Assembly: GCA_002897775.1 (NCBI GenBank)
Contig: BDTR01000053.1
Coordinates: forward strand, 90,160-154,159
Reading direction: 5' to 3'
DNA from: a bacterium BMS3Bbin08
Lineage (GTDB): Bacteria; Nitrospirota; Thermodesulfovibrionia; UBA6902; BMS3Bbin08
DNA length: 64,000 nucleotides
Position numbers and translations under genes: made by a program. The notes beneath the pieces are model-generated. The model did not search any database. It saw only the letters and a program-made list of their open reading frames with translations, and was not told the DNA's origin. Below, one piece after another: positions 29,809 through 39,229 of the stretch (position 1 is the stretch's first letter; every line of letters starts with the position of its first letter).

Positions 29809-29842
29809 ACCCCGTTAGAAAGACAATCTCTTCTAACGGGGT
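29809..29842. repeat. Palindromic element ACCCCGTTAGAA-N10-TTCTAACGGGGT
   Basis: Perfect 12-bp inverted repeat just after the HD-GYP stop codon. Confidence 0.85.
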
Positions 29843-29855
29843 TTAATACTGGGAG

Positions 29856-30908
29856 TTAATCCTGGTGCGTATTGAATATTTCCTCAAATATCGGGGCGAT
29901 CTCAACAAACGAATCTAAAACATCAGGATCAAAATGATGAGGCATTGTCCTGCCGTCTCCTCTGGTTATAATGTCATAGACATCCTGATGACTGAGCGCC
30001 TTCTTATACGGCCTTTTACTCATTAACGCGTCATATTGATCGCATATCAGGACCATCCTGCCCTCGATAGGGATGTCACTGCCTTTTAACCCGGCCGGAT
30101 ACCCTGACCCGTCCCATCTCTCATGATGGTTCAGCGCGATAATAGCGCCCATTTGTATGACAGGGTGAGATGAACCCGACAGCATTTTCTCTCCAACAGC
30201 GCTATGGGTCTTCATAACAGTGAACTCCCCGGCAGTGAGAGGTCCGGGTTTTAACAGTACGGAATCCGGTATCCCTATCTTTCCTATATCATGGAGCGGG
30301 CTCGCGTATGTTATCGCGTCAATAAAATCTATCGGCTTGTTCATGTATTCAGCTATCTTGTTCGCATAAAGTCCTATCCTCGATATATGGGCGCCTGTGT
30401 CAGTGTCCCTGAATTCAGCTACTGTTACCAGCCGCTTTATAACCTCCCTGCTGAGTTGGACTATCTCCTGGGTCTTTTTCCTGACGCTTGTTTCAAGTAT
30501 GAGCTTGTAATTCTTCTCCATCTGTATAAGTCTGTTATGTTTGACAGCCTTGTTGATCGTATGCAGGAGATGCTCGGGCTTATAGGGCTTGGGTATATAA
30601 TCGAATGCCCCGCTTTTAATTGCCCCCATAGCCAGGTCCAGGTCTGAATAAGCTGTTATCAGGATCACCGGCACATCCGGATCAAGGGCGTGTATCTTTC
30701 CAAGCAGGTCGATACCGGACATTCCGGGCATCTTGATATCGGTCAATACAATATCAATGGTGTTTCCCTGGAACCTGTTGATTGCCTCTTTCGCGTTCTT
30801 ACAGGTCACCGTGGAATAATCATATTCATCCAGCAGGGCAGACACGGATTCACGCACGAACGGGTCGTCATCAACAACAAGCACTGTGTGTTTTTTTGCC
30901 TGTTTCAA
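29856..30908 (-). CDS. RpfG-family response regulator, REC plus HD-GYP cyclic dinucleotide phosphodiesterase
   Basis: REC (LTDIKMPG); TGAH, LHDIGKIG, HHERWDGSGYP, DQYDAL..RPYK. Confidence 0.93.
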   Translation of the reverse strand: MKQAKKHTVLVVDDDPFVRESVSALLDEYDYSTVTCKNAKEAINRFQGNTIDIVLTDIKMPGMSGIDLLGKIHALDPDVPVILITAYSDLDLAMGAIKSGAFDYIPKPYKPEHLLHTINKAVKHNRLIQMEKNYKLILETSVRKKTQEIVQLSREVIKRLVTVAEFRDTDTGAHISRIGLYANKIAEYMNKPIDFIDAITYASPLHDIGKIGIPDSVLLKPGPLTAGEFTVMKTHSAVGEKMLSGSSHPVIQMGAIIALNHHERWDGSGYPAGLKGSDIPIEGRMVLICDQYDALMSKRPYKKALSHQDVYDIITRGDGRTMPHHFDPDVLDSFVEIAPIFEEIFNTHQD

Positions 30909-33199
30909 GATACAAGCACCTCCCTTATCTTTCTTAAAAGATCCTGGGGCGACACAGGTTTTTGCAGTAGTTTGATCCCCTCTTCATATATCCCCTTTTC
31001 ATGGAGATCATCCAGGGAATAGCCGCTTAAAAAAAGCGCCTTCGTATCAGGTCTGATCTTTTTTATCTCGGCAAATGCCTGTTTCCCGTTCTTCCCGGGC
31101 ATAACAACATCAAGAAGTACAAGCTGGACCCTGTCCCTGTTCCTGCTGAATTTCTCCAGGGCGTCCTTTCCGTCCACCGCCTCTATTACCCCATAGCCGA
31201 ATTCCTCAAGCACGGTTTTTATGCTTTTTCTGACATTCGCCTGGTCTTCCGCCACAAGGATAGTCTCAGTTCCGCCGATCGGTTCGCCAACAGACGCAAC
31301 CGCTCCTTCTTCAACCGCCTGCTCGACCAGAGGCAGATAAATATCAATTGTCGTGCCTTTCCCATGTTCGCTGGAGACGTCGATAAACCCGTTATGCTGC
31401 CTGATTATTTCATTCGCGATCGAAAGTCCAAGACCTATTCCATTCCCGATCTCCCTGGCGCCAAGGAAAAGCTCAAATATCTTTTCCCTTGTTTCTTCAT
31501 CCATGCCCGTGCCTGTATCTTTAACAGAGACAAGCGCGTACTTGCCGGGTTTTCCAACACAATGGGGCCTGGAAAGGTCATTACAAATTTTTACAAGCGA
31601 TGTCTCTATAGTTAAAAGGCCGCCGCCCGGCATCGCGTCCCTGGCGTTTGTTACAAGATTGATCATTACCTGTTCAAGGCGTCCCTTGTCCGCCGTTACG
31701 AACAGGTCTTTATCCGTAAACTTCAATTTCAGTTCGATCTCTTTGCCCACAAGCATTAAGATAAGTTTTTCCGTTTTTCTGATGATCTCGTTCAGGTTTT
31801 CCTGCTTTGGAGTGAATATTTGATTTTTCCCGAATGAAAAGAGGCTTTGCGTAAGACCGGCCGCCTGGTCTGTCAAAGCGAGTATCTGGTTGACGTGCCA
31901 GGCTATTGCATCGTCTTTCCCTCTCTTCATCTTTAACAGCGTTCCATATCCGGTCAGGGCGGCCAGGATATTGTTAAAATCATGCGCGATCGCCCTTGTG
32001 ATCTGATCCAGGGCCTTCATTTTATGTAAATCGATCAATCGCGATTCAAGGTTCTTGCGTTCGGTAATGTCCTGAATTGTTCCTATTGAGCGTATCCTTT
32101 TTCCGGTCTCATCCTTAATATCCTCACACTTTTCATGAACATACCGTATCTCTCCGTCAGGCCTTACTATTCTGTGGACTATGTCATAGGCGGTATTGTT
32201 TATTACTGAATTTTTATACGATCTATCGACGAATTCCCTGTCCTCAGGGTGAACCATATTTAAAAATGCCTCATAAGTGCCTTTGAATTGCCCGGATTTC
32301 AGGCCGAATATCTCATATATCTCGTCCGACCAGGTAAGTCCATTGTTAATAAGATCGAATTGCCAATTGCCCAGTTGAGCGACTCGCTGGGCCTCCTTAA
32401 GGCCTCTTTCGCTTTTTCTGAGGGCCTCCTCAGCCATCCTGCGTTTTGTGATGTCCTTGATATAGTGAACAGTTCCTTCCAGTCCGCCTTTTTCATCAAT
32501 CACAGGTGAGACCGTTATCGTCAAATGCCGCTTAAGTTTCGGGTTATATGTTTCTTTTGTAACGGTCTTGCCGGATCTTAACGCGTCTATATGCGGGCAA
32601 TCAGGGTCTGGATGATCGAGACCATGTAATAGCTCGTAACAGTGTTTTCCAACCAGATCATCGGGTTTCATACCCAGCAGGTCAGACAATGCCTTGTTCA
32701 CCTTGACAAACCTGAAATCTTTGTCATTAACTGAAACAAAGTCTGTTATTGAATCAAAGGTGTTTTTCCATTGTTTTGTTGCTGCAGTCAGGTCATTTAC
32801 AAGGCGGTTGTGCGCCCTTCGGACCTGTGCGTCGCGCAGTTCACGCTCGATCGCGGGAACAAGACGCGAAAGATTGCTTTTCATGATATAGTCATGCGCG
32901 CCTGCCTTCATGATCTCCACCGCGTTCTCCTCGCTTATCTTGCCTGTCACAATTATGAACGGGATATCTATCCCCTTTTCGTTATGCAGTATCAGCGCTT
33001 CGAATCCGCTGAAACGCGGCATAACATAGTCAGCGATCACAATATCCCATTCCTGCCTGTCCAGAGCGGCGTTCATTGCGTCCGGAGACGATACCCTTTC
33101 AAAAACAGGCTCGTATCCTCCCTGACGCAGTTTTCGCACCAGTAACAGGGCGTCGTTTTCCGAATCCTCGACTATCAATACACGGAGCGTTTTATTCAC
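30905..33199 (-). CDS. Hybrid histidine kinase REC-PAS-PAS-HisKA-HATPase-REC
   Basis: AHDFNN H box, NLVTNARDAM N box, DTGTGM, two receivers; F box degenerate (IFELFLGARE). Confidence 0.92.
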   Translation of the reverse strand: MNKTLRVLIVEDSENDALLLVRKLRQGGYEPVFERVSSPDAMNAALDRQEWDIVIADYVMPRFSGFEALILHNEKGIDIPFIIVTGKISEENAVEIMKAGAHDYIMKSNLSRLVPAIERELRDAQVRRAHNRLVNDLTAATKQWKNTFDSITDFVSVNDKDFRFVKVNKALSDLLGMKPDDLVGKHCYELLHGLDHPDPDCPHIDALRSGKTVTKETYNPKLKRHLTITVSPVIDEKGGLEGTVHYIKDITKRRMAEEALRKSERGLKEAQRVAQLGNWQFDLINNGLTWSDEIYEIFGLKSGQFKGTYEAFLNMVHPEDREFVDRSYKNSVINNTAYDIVHRIVRPDGEIRYVHEKCEDIKDETGKRIRSIGTIQDITERKNLESRLIDLHKMKALDQITRAIAHDFNNILAALTGYGTLLKMKRGKDDAIAWHVNQILALTDQAAGLTQSLFSFGKNQIFTPKQENLNEIIRKTEKLILMLVGKEIELKLKFTDKDLFVTADKGRLEQVMINLVTNARDAMPGGGLLTIETSLVKICNDLSRPHCVGKPGKYALVSVKDTGTGMDEETREKIFELFLGAREIGNGIGLGLSIANEIIRQHNGFIDVSSEHGKGTTIDIYLPLVEQAVEEGAVASVGEPIGGTETILVAEDQANVRKSIKTVLEEFGYGVIEAVDGKDALEKFSRNRDRVQLVLLDVVMPGKNGKQAFAEIKKIRPDTKALFLSGYSLDDLHEKGIYEEGIKLLQKPVSPQDLLRKIREVLVS

Positions 33200-33648
33200 A
33201 ATGATCCCTTTTCTATTGGCGGAGGCTCGTTTAAAAGAAGCCAGTATAGCCCGAGCTGTCTTACCGCTTCTGTGAACTGTTCAAAGTCAACCGGTTTTTG
33301 AATATAGCTGTTCGCGCCCAGTTTGTAGCCATTTATCAGGTCTTTCTCCTCTTTGGATGATGTAAGAATAACTACAGGAAGCAGTTTTGTGCGATCATCC
33401 GAACGTATGCTCTTCAAAACTTCCATGCCGTCTATTTTGGGGAGCTTGAGGTCAAGCAGTACAACTGTTGGAAGTTTTTTAACATCGCGCCCGGAATACG
33501 CGCCGGTCGCGAATAGATAGTCCAGCGCCTCTACCCCGTCACGCGCGACAGTTACACTGTTCAGAATATTATTCTTTTTAAGCGCCCGCAGTGTAAGCTC
33601 CACATCATCCGGATTGTCTTCCACAAGCAGTATTGTCCTGTCATTCAC
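33196..33648 (-). CDS. Single-domain response regulator (Rcp1-like)
   Basis: VEDNPDD, LLDLKLPK, LTSS, GANSYIQKPVDF, YWL. Confidence 0.93.
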   Translation of the reverse strand: MNDRTILLVEDNPDDVELTLRALKKNNILNSVTVARDGVEALDYLFATGAYSGRDVKKLPTVVLLDLKLPKIDGMEVLKSIRSDDRTKLLPVVILTSSKEEKDLINGYKLGANSYIQKPVDFEQFTEAVRQLGLYWLLLNEPPPIEKGSL

Positions 33649-33666
33649 AGTATCCCCTCCTCCTGA

Positions 33667-35130
33667 TCAGATCGAAAAATAGAACGCCGCGCCTCTTTCT
33701 ATCGCTCCCTCTGCCCAAATATCGCCGCCGTGCCGCTGGATAATGCGCTTAACATTGGCAAGGCCGACACCTGTGCCTGAGAACTCGGCCAGTTCGTGCA
33801 GGCGCTGGAACGGCTGAAAGAGCTTGTTGACATAGGCCATGTCAAAACCCGCGCCGTCATCACGGACAAAAAACACCTGTTTGCCGTTTTCTCTCTTGGC
33901 GCCGAACTCTATTTTTGCGCTTGAATGTTTTTCCGTGAATTTCCAGGCATTGCCAAGGAGGTTTTCCATTGCCATCTTTAACAGCCTGGCGTCGCCGGTA
34001 GCGGTCAGTCCTTCCTGTATAATGAACTCAACCCTGTGTTCAGACCGGGAGTTCCCGAGGTTCGAAGATATTTCACGCGCCATAGCACTAAGATCCACCT
34101 CCTCATAATGCATCTCAGCTCGCACAACTCTCGATAATATCAACATGTCATCAATAAGCTGTCCCATACGCTGACTTGCCCTGCACACGCGATTAAGATA
34201 ATCTTTGCCTTTCTCATCAAGTCTGTCCAGATAGTCTTCCAGGAGCGCCCTGCTGAAGCCGTCAATACTCCTGAGCGGCGCGCGCAGGTCATGTGATACT
34301 GAATATGAAAATGCCTCAAGTTCCCTGTTTGCGGCCTTCAGCGCGTTTCCCATCTGCCTGCGTTTAATGTTCTCCTTGACCAGTTCATCGCGCGAAACAG
34401 AGACCCGTTTCAACCTTTCCGTCATCTGGTCAAAAGACCTTGAGAGTTGGCCGATCTCATCTTTTGTATCCATGTTGATTCTGTAAGCAAGATTGCCGCT
34501 CCCTACAACTTCTGTTCCTTCCCGAAGTTTCCTGAGCGGTTCGGAAATGGTTCTATTTATGAGAAATGAAATTGATGTGATAACCACTGCCAAAACGCTT
34601 ATAAGAAACCCTGTAAGCATGTTAGACTTTTGCCGGACATTCTCTCTTTCTCTGTGAGTTAATTCATTTAATTTGAAACTATCAGACACCGCCTCTCTTG
34701 AGCTCAACATCATCTGGCTTATTAATCTCTCTTGCAGTTCAATTGTGGTTTTATTTGACAGTCGATCTTGTCCGTTTCTGTAGCCCTCAGTCAGTTGACT
34801 GAAGTTATATTTGATGCCTTTAAGATTATTATTAACCCTTTCCAGAACGGCCAGTTCAGCCGGTTCTTTGAATTCCCCTGATAACAGGGAATTCTGTAAC
34901 GAGTCATATCTCATTTTCCATTGTTCTTCCGAGCGTTTTTCATGATGCAGCAGATAATCATAGGTTAAAATTTCCAGTTCGGTGATCCCCTTGACCAATA
35001 CAGCGGTCTTTGTTTCTTTCCTGCTTACTTTTTCCATCTGTGAGTTGGCCCCAATAAAAACCACACCCGTTATGATGACCGCGGCCACTGAAGCGATCGT
35101 GTTTATTTTAAGTCTGGTTTTGATACTCAC
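33667..35130 (-). CDS. Membrane HAMP histidine kinase (Cph1/BphP-like transmitter)
   Basis: Two TM helices, HAMP, FSYSVSHDLRAPLR, NLLGNAWKF, DDGAGF, FQRLH, GTGVGLA. Confidence 0.93.
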   Translation of the reverse strand: MSIKTRLKINTIASVAAVIITGVVFIGANSQMEKVSRKETKTAVLVKGITELEILTYDYLLHHEKRSEEQWKMRYDSLQNSLLSGEFKEPAELAVLERVNNNLKGIKYNFSQLTEGYRNGQDRLSNKTTIELQERLISQMMLSSREAVSDSFKLNELTHRERENVRQKSNMLTGFLISVLAVVITSISFLINRTISEPLRKLREGTEVVGSGNLAYRINMDTKDEIGQLSRSFDQMTERLKRVSVSRDELVKENIKRRQMGNALKAANRELEAFSYSVSHDLRAPLRSIDGFSRALLEDYLDRLDEKGKDYLNRVCRASQRMGQLIDDMLILSRVVRAEMHYEEVDLSAMAREISSNLGNSRSEHRVEFIIQEGLTATGDARLLKMAMENLLGNAWKFTEKHSSAKIEFGAKRENGKQVFFVRDDGAGFDMAYVNKLFQPFQRLHELAEFSGTGVGLANVKRIIQRHGGDIWAEGAIERGAAFYFSI

Positions 35131-35141
35131 TTGATTTATCC

Positions 35142-36185
35142 CTAATGGATTATGCTAACTGCTTCGGGTCTGACCTCTTCCAGTGCGTCTATATAGATAA
35201 AATCAAGATAATTCGGGACCTCTGTTTTATCTGTCAGGTTGTTTTTTATCGCCCATCGCGCCTCATCCTCCATTGTTATTAACAGGGATTGAGATAGAGA
35301 AAGTCTGAATTCATACATATCCCATAGGGTATTTATCTTCCCGTGGTCCGCATTCAGGTGCTGAGCTATGATGTCCACGGATTCGTCGCGGTTTTCTTTT
35401 ATGAATTTTTCCGCTTTAGACAAAGCCCTGAGGACCCTTTTTATCAATTCCGGATTATTCTCTATGAAATCGTTCTTTGAAACCAGATTAAATGTCGCCA
35501 TATACCCAACATTAGCGGGCAGAAAGACCGCATTGTCGCCTAATATATTTTGAGCTTTTGATATGTTCGGCTCCCAGGCAAAGATCGAGTCCACGTCACC
35601 ATTCACGATCGCTCTCACCATTTCCTTTGGTTTAAGATCGTACACCTCAATTGCGGAAGGATCCATGCCATTAAAGACAAAAAATACGTCCATGAAAAAA
35701 TGTGCTGTTGTTCCCCTGGTAGTTGCGATCTTTTTGCCGGTCAAGTCCTGAGGAGTCTCGATGTTTCTATCTTTTCTGGCAAGGGCCTTTGCGTGCCGGG
35801 CAGAATCCACAATAGTCGCAAAGGCAGAGAAATCATCTCGCACAAAACTATTAAAAACAATTGGGGTATCAGCCACTGTCCCGATATTGACCTCTTTTTT
35901 TAATACAGCGGCCAGGGCATGTTTCCCGGTCGGATAACCCATTATCTCCATATCTATGCCTTGCTCAAGAAAATAACCTTTGGCCTTCGCAATATGGACC
36001 ATAGAAGGGAGCAGGCTCGTAGCGCTCACTCCCAATGTGACTTTATCGATCTGCTTCCCGGGCTTTTGACCGCCGAACCGCTCGCAGCCGCCTATTAAGA
36101 GAACTGCGACAGCGATCATGCCTGTTATCCAAAGGAAAAACTTTCTTCTAACGCTGTTTTCAGTACTAAAGGTTTTCTCCGTCAT
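35142..36185 (-). CDS. SsuA/THI5/NrtA-family solute-binding protein, probable lipoprotein
   Basis: Start moved to MTEKTF (ATGA overlap); LIGGC lipobox-like; DLTGKKIAT, GDVD...AWEP; no permease or ATPase nearby. Confidence 0.8.
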   Translation of the reverse strand: MTEKTFSTENSVRRKFFLWITGMIAVAVLLIGGCERFGGQKPGKQIDKVTLGVSATSLLPSMVHIAKAKGYFLEQGIDMEIMGYPTGKHALAAVLKKEVNIGTVADTPIVFNSFVRDDFSAFATIVDSARHAKALARKDRNIETPQDLTGKKIATTRGTTAHFFMDVFFVFNGMDPSAIEVYDLKPKEMVRAIVNGDVDSIFAWEPNISKAQNILGDNAVFLPANVGYMATFNLVSKNDFIENNPELIKRVLRALSKAEKFIKENRDESVDIIAQHLNADHGKINTLWDMYEFRLSLSQSLLITMEDEARWAIKNNLTDKTEVPNYLDFIYIDALEEVRPEAVSIIH

Positions 36186-36640
36186 GCTATCCCGCCTCCC
36201 AGATACCAGTTCACTTTTTCCGTGTACAGCAGTGACCGCGAAAGCTCGTCCTCTATATTCCTGACCTGAAACCATATATTGATCCGCTGGTTAACGTCCT
36301 CCAGGTCAAAAGGCTTTTTAATGACATCGATCGCGCCTGAACTGAATGACTTTTCCATATTCTCCGGAGAACCGTAACCTGTTATCATCATTATTCCTGT
36401 CTTTGACGAGGGCTTCAGCGCCTGGCTTAATTTCTGGCAGGTCTTAATACCGTTCATTCCCGGCATCTTTATATCCAGAAGGACCACATCAGGTGTTTTC
36501 TTCTCGACATAAGAAATAGCGCTCTGTCCGTCAGGCAGATCCACTGTCTTATATCCCTTTTTCTCCAGATAGGTGCACAGGATATCCCTGATTACATCCT
36601 CATCGTCCACGACCATAACAGTCTTTGGTTTCGTTGCCAT
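36182..36640 (-). CDS. Single-domain receiver, W..YTEK-tail family
   Basis: VDDE, LLDIKMPG, ITG, KPF; tail WFQVRNIEDELSRSLLYTEKV. Confidence 0.9.
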   Translation of the reverse strand: MATKPKTVMVVDDEDVIRDILCTYLEKKGYKTVDLPDGQSAISYVEKKTPDVVLLDIKMPGMNGIKTCQKLSQALKPSSKTGIMMITGYGSPENMEKSFSSGAIDVIKKPFDLEDVNQRINIWFQVRNIEDELSRSLLYTEKVNWYLGGGIA

Positions 36641-36660
36641 ATGGACCCCCTTTAAGTTTT

Positions 36661-36768
36661 ACCCCGTTAGAAATTACTGTGGCTCGAAGCGAGTCGGAGT
36701 TTAGTCGGCCTGCCTGCCGGCAGGCCTTCCCGTTAGAAGCTTGTACGCCTACGGTCTTCTAACGGGGT
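36661..36768. repeat. Composite palindromic element
   Basis: ACCCCGTTAGAA...TTCTAACGGGGT with a nested CCCGTTAGAAG and a GGCCTGCCTGCCGGCAGGCC palindrome. Confidence 0.8.
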
Positions 36769-36843
36769 TTACTTATTGGCCCGGGAATCAGGTCTGTTCC
36801 CGCGCCGGAAACATAAGTGGAACGATCGGATGGACCGATACCT

Positions 36844-37299
36844 TCACGCCGGACATCCCTTCGTAAGCCATCTTACTTTTGCCGAATATACAAGTGACCG
36901 CACCATCCTGCTTTCGATATTTCTTACTTCGAACCAGGTATTGATCCGCCTGTGAACGTCCTCCAGCTCAAAAGGCTTTCTCACAAAATCTATAGCTCCT
37001 GAACTGTACGCGTTTTCCAAATTCCCCTTTGAATCATGGCCGGTTATCATGATTATCCCTGTTCCCGGAGAGGACGGCAGTACCTGTTTTAGTCTTGAGC
37101 ACGTCTCAATACCGTTCATTCCCGGCATCTTTATATCAAGAAGAACTACATCCGGCTTTTTCTTCTCGGCATAGGAAATAGCGCTCTGTCCGTTTGACCG
37201 CGCCACTGTTTTATATCCCTTAAGCTCCAGAAAAAAACATAGAACATCTCTGACCGCAGCTTCATCGTCCACTACCATGATCAGCTTTGGTCCCGGCAT
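36844..37299 (-). CDS. Single-domain receiver, same family
   Basis: REC motifs; tail WFEVRNIESRMVRSLVYSAKV. Confidence 0.9.
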   Translation of the reverse strand: MPGPKLIMVVDDEAAVRDVLCFFLELKGYKTVARSNGQSAISYAEKKKPDVVLLDIKMPGMNGIETCSRLKQVLPSSPGTGIIMITGHDSKGNLENAYSSGAIDFVRKPFELEDVHRRINTWFEVRNIESRMVRSLVYSAKVRWLTKGCPA

Positions 37300-37351
37300 A
37301 TTGTCTCACCCCTCATTAATTTTTTCATTCCAGGTCCATACTGCCTTCAGC

Positions 37352-37810
37352 TTATGAGCGCTCTCCTTTTCTCATCACTTTTTCCGAGTATTTCGTTAGA
37401 CGCGACAGTTCATCTTCAATATTTCTTACTTCGTACCAGATCCTGATCCGCTGGTTGACGTCCTCCAGGTCAAAGGGCTTTTTAACAAAATCTATAGCTC
37501 CTGAACTATACGCGTTTTCCAAATTCCCCTTTGAATCATGGCCGGTTATCATGATTATCCCTGTTCCCGGAGAGGACGGCAGTACCTGTTTTAGTCTTGA
37601 GCACGTCTCAATACCGTTCATTCCCGGCATCTTTATATCAAGAAGAACTACATCCGGCTTTTTCTTCTCGGCATAGGAAATAGCGCTCTGTCCGTTCGAC
37701 TTTGCCACTGTTTTATATCCTTTAAGCTCCAGAAAAGAACATAAAACATCCCTGACAACCGCTTCGTCATCTACTATCATGATCATTTTTGTTTTAGACA
37801 CTGTATCCAT
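37352..37810 (-). CDS. Single-domain receiver, same family
   Basis: REC motifs; tail WYEVRNIEDELSRLTKYSEKV; about 210 bp nearly identical to the neighbouring gene. Confidence 0.9.
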   Translation of the reverse strand: MDTVSKTKMIMIVDDEAVVRDVLCSFLELKGYKTVAKSNGQSAISYAEKKKPDVVLLDIKMPGMNGIETCSRLKQVLPSSPGTGIIMITGHDSKGNLENAYSSGAIDFVKKPFDLEDVNQRIRIWYEVRNIEDELSRLTKYSEKVMRKGERS

Positions 37811-37862
37811 CCTCCTTTCTGCTCATATATCTCTATTGCCATGGATTATGTGACCTTAAGCC

Positions 37863-38312
37863 TCATGTCCTGAATATTTCCATTACTCTTTCCCGGTATA
37901 CCAGCCGGCGCGCAAACTCGTCATAGAAAACGCTTCTCAGTTCAAACCATATATTTACCCGCTTATTGATAGCTTCCAGGTCAAATGGTTTTTTAATAAC
38001 ATCAATGGCGCCGCAAACAAATGACTTTTCCACATTCTCCGGAGAGCCATAGCCGGTAATAATGATTATCCCGGTTTCCGGAGACGACGGCAGGGTCTTT
38101 TTGAACATGTTGCAGGTTTTGATCCCGTCCATTCCGGGCATTTTTATATCCAGAAAAACCAGATCCGGCATATTCTCCTTTGCACAGGAAATAGCGCTCA
38201 GTCCATCAGACCGCGACACGGTTCTATAACCATGAAGCTCCAGAAAAGAACATAAAACCTCTCTGACAACCGCTTCATCGTCTACGACCATTATAAGTTT
38301 TTGCTCCGGCAT
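37863..38312 (-). CDS. Single-domain receiver, same family
   Basis: Start moved to MPEQKL; tail WFELRSVFYDEFARRLVYRERV. Confidence 0.87.
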   Translation of the reverse strand: MPEQKLIMVVDDEAVVREVLCSFLELHGYRTVSRSDGLSAISCAKENMPDLVFLDIKMPGMDGIKTCNMFKKTLPSSPETGIIIITGYGSPENVEKSFVCGAIDVIKKPFDLEAINKRVNIWFELRSVFYDEFARRLVYRERVMEIFRT

Positions 38313-38458
38313 ACGCAGCAGACCTGATCCGGGTCTTTTGTTCACAAAATCACACCTCCCCCCGCGTCCACCGTCACTGTCCGTCTCCCTTCGTGTATCT
38401 TGCAACATTCTTATATTCAAGCTCTTTTCACCGCGAGATCTCTGTTGCCGCCGCATCT

Positions 38459-39229
38459 TTAAGGGAACAACGGCCAGAACCTGTAATACCTTTTTCTCCT
38501 GAACTCATCCGGTCCCTCATCTTCATCGGGCGCGTCAACCTCAGGGGTCATATTGGTAAACGTCTGGATCCCGGCAGGAACGCATCCCGTCATATGGAAT
38601 GTCTCTCCTTCAGACAATTTTTTTCTTACACTGCCGTCGACAGACGAAACTTCAATAGACCCGTCTGCTGACTTAACATTTACCTCACCTGTCGCATCAT
38701 CAATGCTTATCTCCGCTGCCATGTGCTCCGGAATTAAAGCCCTGACACAGACCGTATCAGTCCTGATCGCGCCCTTTATACTCCTGACCTCTGCTATCCC
38801 TGTCATATTGTCTGATCTGACCTGAACACTCTGAGCTTTCCCCACCGTTATTGTCGTATTTCCAGCGATCACCTCTAGCCCGCCCGCTGACACACTGTAT
38901 TCCGCCATCCCTGTTTCAGTATCCACCATAACCGTAATTCTGTCGCCGGCCTCAACAGCTGTTACCATATCGCGGGCAATAACCTGAACAACCCCCTCTG
39001 CCGGCGCAACTTCCATACTTCCAGCCAGGATCTCCACTGTTGATCCTGAAGAAATTTCCGGCAAAGGCCTGTCTTTTTTAATATCGACCGTCAGGACCAT
39101 TCCATCAGGTTTTGTTATTTTGACGGTACAGGTGTGGTCATTGATAACAGCCACTGCGTTCGCTGTCTGAAAAAACGCGGCAAAGGCAAGATATAAGGTC
39201 AGCCACGCCTTTGATATTCCCGGTCTCAT
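38459..39229 (-). CDS. Exported beta-rich FecR-like protein (paralog of 26112..26855)
   Basis: Signal peptide ending ANA; ITKPDG, APAEG, AGNTTITVG, TGIAEVRSIKG shared with the paralog. Confidence 0.65.
   Translation of the reverse strand: MRPGISKAWLTLYLAFAAFFQTANAVAVINDHTCTVKITKPDGMVLTVDIKKDRPLPEISSGSTVEILAGSMEVAPAEGVVQVIARDMVTAVEAGDRITVMVDTETGMAEYSVSAGGLEVIAGNTTITVGKAQSVQVRSDNMTGIAEVRSIKGAIRTDTVCVRALIPEHMAAEISIDDATGEVNVKSADGSIEVSSVDGSVRKKLSEGETFHMTGCVPAGIQTFTNMTPEVDAPDEDEGPDEFRRKRYYRFWPLFP

Noticed and set aside
36983-37696. Near-identical pair as a DGR template/variable repeat
   Set aside because: No reverse transcriptase, no adenine-biased mismatches, and both copies are in intact paralogs.
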